This document shows positions 38,201 to 44,238 of a stretch of 44,238 nucleotides of DNA, in pieces. The stretch lies in the NCBI GenBank assembly GCA_045863235.1, contig BTUM01000066.1, positions 1 to 44,238 on the forward strand. Reading direction: 5' to 3'. Made by a program: the position numbers and the translations under genes. The notes beneath the pieces are model-generated. The model worked only from the letters and a program-made list of their open reading frames with translations, was not told where the DNA came from and made no database searches. The stretch's first letter is position 1. Each line of letters starts with the position of its first letter. Source of the DNA: Candidatus Xenobia bacterium. GTDB lineage: Bacteria; Vulcanimicrobiota; Xenobia; Xenobiales; QWHO01.

Positions 38201-38445
38201 CGCAACCGCTCCACTTCGCGGCGAAACCCGGTCAGGTCGAGGTGGGCGGCCTTCAGCACCTTGACGGCCACCCGCTGGCCGGTGCTCAGTTGCACTCCCG
38301 ACCAGACGGTGCCGAACGTGCCCGCTCCCAGGGGGCGCTCGAGCCGGTAGCCGGGCAGGCTGGGAGCGCCCTCCGCCTGCGACTGTTGACGCCCCTCGGC
38401 CAGGTCTTGCTCGCTCTGGGCCAGAGTCTGGTCGGCATCGGACAT
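35251..38445 (-). CDS. Ser/Thr kinase with a TM segment and WD40 propellers
   Basis: Motifs GAGTFGTVW, HCDLKPSN, DFG and GTLGFMAPE, followed by FSPDG repeats. Confidence 0.93.
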   Translation of the reverse strand: MSDADQTLAQSEQDLAEGRQQSQAEGAPSLPGYRLERPLGAGTFGTVWSGVQLSTGQRVAVKVLKAAHLDLTGFRREVERLREVSEHPHVITLLDADLGHDPPFFVMPWLTRGSLAAVGQPSVSQAEAWLEQIAEGLQFTHEKGLLHCDLKPSNLLLDEQGRIRLVDFGQAYARGEARGALGTLGFMAPEQALLGSEQAGSTPGARWDVYALGATLYYLLTGRCPRLSEEQRTALSTLHSAAALQAYRQHLEQNPLLPLRRLNPAVDRDLAAIIESCLALDPKDRTPTAAQVLQDLEQRRRGDPLLCRRPWSLTYRLSRLVRKPAVALALVFLLALTGLAGASYQRIVRSNAALRVSEQRSEDLVVQLMTDRGLTAEQQGDPSQACLWWAEALVRRPADQRLRLLLATHPLDRLLWRQKSADKPGLALFTPDGERLLVNEGSRTRLLERSSGKELAVLQMWIQRAAFSPDGKLLLTLDDGVELRALPDGAPVKLPITDQVAAWSFRQGELLTLERGGRLAFWQLPEGRLRRQRQLPPCDDACFAGDQVALITSQGLRLLDLEGREQGRVEHEYTSWVAVSPRADRAVLGQSFIELPSGRALPPPWGSLGVSHPTFSPDGRYLAINAEAGQLKVYECKDGNELASVQAGSEVSRLVFAGASLWAGSESGTVLRVGLPGGMVEARVQLGDRLRDLAVSADGRWTAFTTLSGVELREVRRFAPRLELELDHLARGLTFTPEARLLAASRSTLLELDGEQLRPLARVQGADFDLLQASGEQVAVNAERWGLLYGLKAGKTLFESPRGPIILGPDSFVVLEGGAVLHRGHRTKELSRTQEALWGAFSPQGDRLALSMRTNPRSGGQLLVWSGDGLQLLKILELPSHALWPCFSPDGKWLACTSENGELGVWDRDGQAVLMRKLGPGPGNFPVFSPDGQLAVSCEDGLVHVLELPSGKDAFPALAHPSGLVTAAWRGGRLVTCAHSSGLVRVWDGQTGIPLTPWIAAGANAFADLSPDGKTLATAGSDRLHLWELLFDPKVPARAIQAEVEQATGMQLDPASFTMRSSTR

Positions 38446-38509
38446 CTGATTTTGCGCCTTCTCGCGCCAGGGCAGGACTTCCTGGCCGGCTCGCCTAAGC
38501 GCCCCGGCC

Positions 38510-38971
38510 GTGGAGTCGAGTCAGGTTCTCAAAGGCGTTCTCAGCCAGTACGGGTTCAAGCGCGCGGCGGCCGAGCTGAAGCTGACCCAATCGCTGCTCT
38601 ACAAGTGGTGCCAGCCCCGCGACGCCGACCTGGACGCCCGGGCCGAGAACCCGCTCGAGCGGGTGCTGCAACTGGTCAAGCTGACCGGTGACCCGGCCCC
38701 TTTGCACTGGCTCTGTCAGCAATTGGACGGCTTTTACGTCAGCAATCCGATGCCGGTCAACGCGTCCTCCAGCCCGGTGCTGCTGGCCACCCAGCAGCTT
38801 CTGAAAGAGTTCTCCGAGCTGTTGCAGGCGGTCTCGGAGAGCTACACCACCGACAGCGCCATCACCCCCGAGGAGGCGGCCCGCATCCGCTCGGAGTGGG
38901 AGCAGCTCAAGACGGCCGCCGAGCGCTTCGTGGTGGGGTGTGAGCGCGGGCTCTACGAAGAGGCGGGGTGA
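38510..38971 (+). CDS. Phage regulatory CII-like HTH protein
   Basis: KRAAAELKLTQSLLYKW...NPLERV...DSAITPEEAARIRSEW. Confidence 0.7.
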   Translation: MESSQVLKGVLSQYGFKRAAAELKLTQSLLYKWCQPRDADLDARAENPLERVLQLVKLTGDPAPLHWLCQQLDGFYVSNPMPVNASSSPVLLATQQLLKEFSELLQAVSESYTTDSAITPEEAARIRSEWEQLKTAAERFVVGCERGLYEEAG

Positions 38972-39489
38972 AGCGCTACCTGGCCTTTCTGCGAGCCATC
39001 AACGTGGGCGGGCGCACCGTCAAGATGGCCGACCTGCGCCGCCACTTCGAGCAAGCCGGTCTTCGCGAGGTGGAGACCTTCATCGCCAGCGGCAACGTGC
39101 TCTTCAGCTCCCCCGAGGATGACTCCAGGCGCCTGGAGCAGCACATCGAGCAGCATCTCGAGCAGGCGCTGGGCTACCGGGTGGATACCTTTCTGCGAAC
39201 CCCGACCGAGGTGCGCTCGGTGGCCGCTCTTCTGCCCTTCGGTCTCGAGAGCTCGGCTTTCTACGTGGCCTTCCTGAAGGCGCCGCCCCCGCCGGAATTC
39301 GAGCCGCGCTTGCTCGCGCTCGAGAACGAGGTGGATCGCCTCGCTGTCAGCGGGCGCGAGGTCTACTGGCAGTGCAGCGTCAGCTCGCACCTGTCGAGTT
39401 TCTCAGGAGCGGTGCTGGAGAAGCTGCTGGGGGCGCCGGCTACCCTGCGCAACCGCAACACGGTGGTGCGCCTGGCCTCTCGCCCTTAG
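38968..39489 (+). CDS. DUF1697 family protein
   Basis: Motifs YLAFLRAINVGG, VETFIASGNV and TLRNRNTV. Confidence 0.9.
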   Translation: MKRYLAFLRAINVGGRTVKMADLRRHFEQAGLREVETFIASGNVLFSSPEDDSRRLEQHIEQHLEQALGYRVDTFLRTPTEVRSVAALLPFGLESSAFYVAFLKAPPPPEFEPRLLALENEVDRLAVSGREVYWQCSVSSHLSSFSGAVLEKLLGAPATLRNRNTVVRLASRP

Positions 39490-40331
39490 CGCTTCTTCTT
39501 GGCGGTGGGGTCAGAGCGCATCTGCCGGTAGCTCGGCGGCCGGGGCAGGCTGCGGGCAGGTTTCTCCCGGAGCGGCGGCGGCACAGGTTCTTCAGCCGCC
39601 GGAGGCTCGGGAGCTCGGGTCTGTGGTTCTCCCTGGGGAACCCGGGTCTGCGGTTCTCCTTGGGGAGGCTCGGGAGCTCGGGTCTGTGGTTCTCCTTGGG
39701 GAGGCTCGGGCTCGCGCGCTCTGGCAATCCTGCTTGGCCGCTCGACCTCGTCGACCTCGTCGCCCTCGCCCGGCTCGGCGATCTGGCCCTGGCGCGGCTC
39801 CCGGCGCGGGGTGGTGTCGCAGGGCAGGCCCAACTCCGCACCCACGTGACCGGCCAGATCGCTGGCGTACGAGGCCCGGTAGAATGGCCCGAACAGCCGG
39901 AACTCGCCCAGGCAGGTCCAGTAGCGGTCCGGCTCCTCGTGGTCGAGCGCTCTCTGGTGCGGGCGGTGCTCGCTGGTATCCATGCTGAACCGCAGCCCGC
40001 CGCCCTGGACGTTGAAGCCGGAGGGACCGAAGCTGAAGCGGATCCCGTCGGGCCGATTGGTCCAGTGATACACCCACACGCTGCCGACCTGAGCGAACGT
40101 CAGCCAGCGGTGTGCCCGCTGGCGCAGCCCGGAGCGCTTGATGATCCAGCTCACCCCGTGCAAGAGTCGCCGATCCTTGGGGAAGAGCCCCACCTCCTCC
40201 TCGTAGCGCCCGTGGTCGTCGTCGCCGACGCTCGCGATACCGAAGGAGGTGCTCGAGGCCAGCACGATGCGCCGCGCCTTCAGGCTCTGCAGGGCGCTCT
40301 CGTAGTGCTGCTTTTCTCCGAAGAAGGCCAC
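39486..40331 (-). CDS. Hypothetical protein with a Pro-rich repeat tail
   Basis: Globular N-terminus followed by PQGEPQTR repeats. Confidence 0.7.
   Translation of the reverse strand: MAFFGEKQHYESALQSLKARRIVLASSTSFGIASVGDDDHGRYEEEVGLFPKDRRLLHGVSWIIKRSGLRQRAHRWLTFAQVGSVWVYHWTNRPDGIRFSFGPSGFNVQGGGLRFSMDTSEHRPHQRALDHEEPDRYWTCLGEFRLFGPFYRASYASDLAGHVGAELGLPCDTTPRREPRQGQIAEPGEGDEVDEVERPSRIARAREPEPPQGEPQTRAPEPPQGEPQTRVPQGEPQTRAPEPPAAEEPVPPPLREKPARSLPRPPSYRQMRSDPTAKKKR
39600..39716 (-). repeat. Tandem coding repeat (PEPPQGEPQTRA)
   Basis: Three PQGEPQTR units, conserved at the DNA level. Confidence 0.85.
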
Positions 40332-40369
40332 CCGGGCTGGTTCTCGGTTCCCCCGCGATTCCCTCGGGC

Positions 40370-40396
40370 AAAGTTGACACGCCCGGAGTCAACTTT
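40370..40396. terminator. Inverted repeat (terminator or operator)
   Basis: AAAGTTGAC-N9-GTCAACTTT between two minus-strand genes. Confidence 0.5.
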
Positions 40397-40414
40397 CCGG
40401 GCGGCGGCGCCCGG

Positions 40415-41908
40415 TTAGCTGGAGCTCGACTTGCGCGTCGTGCGGGTGGTGTTCTTGGCAACGGTCGAGGTGCTGCCTCCGCCGCGTGAGCCGCCCGGCG
40501 CCCGGGTCCCACGGGTGGTGGAGCTGGCCGAGTTGCCTGAGCCTGAGCTGGTGGCCGGTCGCGGCCCCTGCTCGCCAGTGGCCCCTCCGCTGGTGGCCGG
40601 CCGCGGACGCTCGCCCACGTAGCCGCGCCACTCCTGGCGGGACAGTCCAGGCACCTGGCCGCTCTCGCCCGGACGCGGGTTCACGTCGCGGATGATCAGG
40701 GCACGCGTGGCCGGGCCGGTGTTCTGTCCGTTGGAGATGACGTTGCCGTTGTAGGGCTGGCGGCGGCCATCCGGGCCTCTGGGTATGCGCCCGTGGTCGT
40801 CCTGGTAGAGCTGGCCGCGGGGCCCTCGCATCACGTTGGCGGCATGCTCGCCGTTGTAGACGATGCCGTAGCCGTGGCCGTCGAGCGTGCGCGGATCGAC
40901 GCTCTGAGCTGCCACGCCGAAGTAGCGCGCGATCTCATCGGGGTACTGGCGCGTGTTGATGTGCTGCAGGGCCTGCTCGTAAGAGACCCCGTTCTCCTGA
41001 GCGTAGCGCTGGGCGGCGGCGGCGTTCATGCGGGCCGCTTGCTCCACGGCCGCGGGGTCGCGGCCGCTGTAGTCGGAGGCCTCACGGGCCTGGCGGATCT
41101 GCTCGGGCGTCAGCACGGCCGAGTAGCCGTCACGCATGGTGACGCGCACGTTGCCGTCAGGCATCGTCTCCATCTGCATGGCCTCGGCGCCCCACTGGTG
41201 CTGCATGGCCTTGATGATGGCCGTGGCGCTGCAGTTCTCAGGGGTGCCCTGGGCCACCCGGTCGTGCACTCGCTCGACCGCGGCCGCGTCGGGATTTTCG
41301 GGGGTGCTCGGTGTGGTGGAGTTGGTATTGCGTGGACCACTGCTGGGGCTGTTCTCCCGGGTGCCGTTCCCATTGCCGGTCTGGCGGGCTCCGCCCGAGT
41401 TGCGGCCGCCTCCCCGGTTGGTCGAGGCTCCTCCGGTGTTGCCGCTGGGCGAGGCTCCTCCCGAGTTGCCACCGCCGCCGTTGCCCACCGGAGCGGCGCC
41501 CTGGGCCTCGGGTGTGCCCCCGCCGGCCTGAGGCTGCTGCTGGCCTCCCTGCACCATCTCCAGGGCCTTCTTGATCAGCTCCTCGGTCTCAGGGGAGATT
41601 GTCGCCCCGGTCTCGCGTGCCTTCTGGTAATCCTTCATCAGCTGCTCGGCCAGGCTCTGCGTATTGGCCGTGCCCGAGCTGGCAGCCACCATCAGTTGCT
41701 GGGCCTGTGCCCGCAGGATGCCGTCAAAGTGCGACCCGGCGATGCCCTGGGCGAGCATGGCCGCCCCCATCTGCCCCTGTCGGTCGAGCAGATCTTGCGA
41801 GGGGCGAAACCCGTCGGCTCCGTTCTGGTTCAAGAGACCGGCCGGGGAGCTGACCGTGCGGTGCTGGCTCAGGGGACTTTGCGGGAGGGCCGGGCTGATG
41901 GTCATCAT
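40415..41908 (-). CDS. Effector-like protein with a putative papain-like Cys protease domain between disordered regions
   Basis: QGTPENC...NGEHA...YQDD core; Gly/Asn/Ser-rich linkers; TAAGCT 8 nt before the ATG at 41908. Confidence 0.65.
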   Translation of the reverse strand: MMTISPALPQSPLSQHRTVSSPAGLLNQNGADGFRPSQDLLDRQGQMGAAMLAQGIAGSHFDGILRAQAQQLMVAASSGTANTQSLAEQLMKDYQKARETGATISPETEELIKKALEMVQGGQQQPQAGGGTPEAQGAAPVGNGGGGNSGGASPSGNTGGASTNRGGGRNSGGARQTGNGNGTRENSPSSGPRNTNSTTPSTPENPDAAAVERVHDRVAQGTPENCSATAIIKAMQHQWGAEAMQMETMPDGNVRVTMRDGYSAVLTPEQIRQAREASDYSGRDPAAVEQAARMNAAAAQRYAQENGVSYEQALQHINTRQYPDEIARYFGVAAQSVDPRTLDGHGYGIVYNGEHAANVMRGPRGQLYQDDHGRIPRGPDGRRQPYNGNVISNGQNTGPATRALIIRDVNPRPGESGQVPGLSRQEWRGYVGERPRPATSGGATGEQGPRPATSSGSGNSASSTTRGTRAPGGSRGGGSTSTVAKNTTRTTRKSSSS

Positions 41909-42056
41909 CTGATTCGAGCTTACCTGCCAGCCGGCTCGGGCACAGCCCTGGCAGTTATGACAGAGTCTGGAAAGTTGTGAACATTCCGTACCTGAAGATG
42001 AAGTTTGTGTATCTATCTGCGGAGGACCGGGAGGTGGGCGCGCGAAGCGCAGATCT

Positions 42057-44156
42057 GTGAGACGACGCACTTTTCTCTTCGCTCTGGGAGGCGCCAGCCT
42101 GGCCCTGGCGGCCGGCCCGCCCGCGATGGCTACCGCTGACCCGGCCATGCTGACCCCCTGGACCGGCCCCTACGGGGGCATTCCCCCCTTCGACAAGGTG
42201 AAGGTGGCCGAGTTTCCGGCCGCCTTCACCGCTGCCATGGCCGCCTACCGCAAGGACATCCAGGCCATCGCCGACAACCCCGAGCCCCCGACCTTCGCCA
42301 ACACCCTGGCCGCCCTGGAGGGCTCGGGGCGCACCTTTACCCGGGTCAGCCTGATGTTCGGGGTCTACACCTCGACCATGAACACGCCCGAGGTGCAGGC
42401 TATCGAGCGCGAGTGGTCGCCGCGATTTGCCGCCCTGGTCGACGAGATCGTGCAAAACGACAAGCTCTTTGCCCGCATCGAGGCGGTCTACAACGCGCCC
42501 GACAAATCCAGCTGGACCAGCGAGCAGCAGCGCCTGGCCTGGGTCCACCACACCAACTTCGTGCTGGCCGGGGCCCGCCTCTCGCCGGCCCAGAAGAAAG
42601 AGATGGCCGAGATCAACCAGCGCTTGGCCCAGCTCTACACCCGCTTCAGTCAGAACGCCCTGGCCGAGGAAGAGAACGAGATGCTGGTGCTGGGCAAACC
42701 CGAGGACCTGGCCGGCCTTCCCGAGTCGCTGCGCGATGCCGCCGCCACCACCGCCAAAGAGAAAGGCCAGGCGGGCAAGTGGGTGGTCCTCAACACCCGC
42801 TCGGCCATGGAGTCGTTCCTCACTTACTCGGATCGTCGGGACCTTCGCGAGAAGGGCTTCAAGATGTGGATCCGCCGTGGCGACGGCGGGGGCGAGCACG
42901 ACAACAACGCCGTGGTCACCGAGATCCTGCAGTTGCGAGCTCGCAAGGCCAAACTGCTGGGCTATGAGACCTTCGCCCACTGGCGCCTGCAGAACACCAT
43001 GGCCAAGACTCCTGAGAATGCCATGAAGCTGATGATGCAGGTCTGGCCGGCGGCCGTGGCCCGGGTCAAGGAAGAGGTGGCCGCCATGCAAGAGCTGGCC
43101 GGCCACCCGATCGAGCCGTGGGACTATCGCTACTACGCCGAGAAGGTGCGCAAGGCGAAGTACGACCTGGACGAGGGCGAGATCAAACCCTACCTGCAGC
43201 TCGACAACATGCGCGAGGCCATCTTCTGGGCCTCGGGGCAGCTCTACGGCTTCACCTATCGCAAGGTGGAGGGCCTGCCCACGGTGCACGCCGACATCAC
43301 CGTCTACGAGGTGCTCGGCCCGGATGGCAAGCACAAAGGCCTGTGGTACTTCGACCCCTACGCCAAGACCGGCAAGCAGTCGGGCGCCTGGATGAACGAG
43401 TACCGCACCCAGGAGGCCTTCCAGAAGCCCATCACACCCATCGTCTCCAACAACTCCAACTTCCTCAAGGCGCCTGCCGGTCAGGCGGTGCTGCTCAGCT
43501 GGGACGACGCCGACACCATGTTTCACGAGTTCGGCCACGCCCTGCACGGGCTGGCCTCCCAGGTCAGCTACCCCACCCTGGCGGGCACCAACGTTGCTCG
43601 CGACTTTGTCGAGTTCCCCTCGCAGATCAACGAGCGCTGGCTGTCCACCCCCGAGGTGCTGGGCAAGTTCGCCCTGCACGAGAAGACCGGCAAGCCCATG
43701 CCCCCCGAGCTGGTGGCCAAGATCAAGCGCGCCGACACCTTCAACCAGGGGTTCTCCACCGTGGAGGCGCTGGCTTCGGCCATCCTGGACATGAAGCTGC
43801 ACCTGGCGGGCGAGGTGAAGATCGACCCGCGCGAGTTCGAGAAGGTGGCCCTGGCCGAACTGGGCATGCCCAAAGAGATCGTGATGCGTCACCGCATCCC
43901 CCACTTCGGGCACGTGTTCTCGAGCGACGGCTACGCGGCTGGATACTACAGCTACATCTGGTCAGACGTGCTCACCCAGGACGCCTGGGAGGCCTTCAGT
44001 GAGGCCGGCGGCCCCTGGGACAAGAAGACAGCGAATCGCTTTTACGAGTGCATCTTGCAGGTGGGCAACACCCTCGACCTGGCTCAGGCCTATCGCAACT
44101 TCCGGGGACGCGACCCGTCGGTGAGCGCGCTGCTCAAGTCGCGCGGCTTCCTGTAG
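42057..44156 (+). CDS. dcp: M3 metallopeptidase (peptidyl-dipeptidase Dcp-like) with a Tat signal
   Basis: RRRTFL leader; motifs FHEFGHALH, DFVEFPSQ and YAAGYYSY. Confidence 0.92.
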   Translation: MRRRTFLFALGGASLALAAGPPAMATADPAMLTPWTGPYGGIPPFDKVKVAEFPAAFTAAMAAYRKDIQAIADNPEPPTFANTLAALEGSGRTFTRVSLMFGVYTSTMNTPEVQAIEREWSPRFAALVDEIVQNDKLFARIEAVYNAPDKSSWTSEQQRLAWVHHTNFVLAGARLSPAQKKEMAEINQRLAQLYTRFSQNALAEEENEMLVLGKPEDLAGLPESLRDAAATTAKEKGQAGKWVVLNTRSAMESFLTYSDRRDLREKGFKMWIRRGDGGGEHDNNAVVTEILQLRARKAKLLGYETFAHWRLQNTMAKTPENAMKLMMQVWPAAVARVKEEVAAMQELAGHPIEPWDYRYYAEKVRKAKYDLDEGEIKPYLQLDNMREAIFWASGQLYGFTYRKVEGLPTVHADITVYEVLGPDGKHKGLWYFDPYAKTGKQSGAWMNEYRTQEAFQKPITPIVSNNSNFLKAPAGQAVLLSWDDADTMFHEFGHALHGLASQVSYPTLAGTNVARDFVEFPSQINERWLSTPEVLGKFALHEKTGKPMPPELVAKIKRADTFNQGFSTVEALASAILDMKLHLAGEVKIDPREFEKVALAELGMPKEIVMRHRIPHFGHVFSSDGYAAGYYSYIWSDVLTQDAWEAFSEAGGPWDKKTANRFYECILQVGNTLDLAQAYRNFRGRDPSVSALLKSRGFL

Positions 44157-44238
44157 GCGCCGGAATGGAGGCGGTACCGGGCAAAGCTCCGGGTATTCCG
44201 ACAGACCGGCTGAGCTGATCCACCACGGGGCGGTGGTA

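Noticed and set aside
38510..38971. Prophage
   Set aside because: The CII-like regulator is isolated and has no phage structural or replication genes nearby.
39600..39716. CRISPR-like repeats
   Set aside because: The units are in-frame coding repeats with no unique spacers, and no cas genes are present.
41953..41981. Pho-box-like repeat (AGTTATGAC / AGTTGTGAA)
   Set aside because: The period is 20 bp rather than 11 or 22 and the match is imperfect, so support is too weak.

Overview
High-GC bacterial window. The gene repertoire (Ser/Thr kinases, TolB-like propellers, PilC, many orphan proteins with low-complexity N-termini) reminds me of Ca. Eremiobacterota/Vulcanimicrobiota, but this is an unverified inference. 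The first ~14.7 kb is a rearranged, partly decaying region. It holds an inverted duplication (1-1970 versus 10218-11810) of a variable beta-helix protein tail plus a TolB-like lipoprotein gene, a third 53-bp copy of the lipoprotein gene's end, a tyrosine-recombinase remnant, two frameshifted PIN toxin-antitoxin pairs and two polymorphic toxin/immunity pairs. The rest mixes recognisable genes (multicopper oxidase, PlsC, DcuC, HD-GYP, PilC, RibA-RibD-C fusion, kinases, HEAT protein, M3 peptidase) with orphan, effector-like genes. The most notable signal has two parts. First, four unrelated proteins without signal peptides end in the same gapless 19-residue motif ([GQ]-[LV]-x6-V-x-[LV]-x-[GS]-V-x-[LIV]-x-[RK]-[RKQ]). 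Second, three dispersed effector-like genes share one promoter architecture: a TTCAGCC-type heptamer, 4 nt, TTCAGCC, 8 nt, TANNNT, 6-7 nt, ATG (SARP-like geometry, leaderless). Two genes carry both signals, and one of them heads an operon containing pilC. Together these suggest a co-regulated, C-terminally tagged protein export or sorting system. No rRNA, tRNA or CRISPR array was seen.
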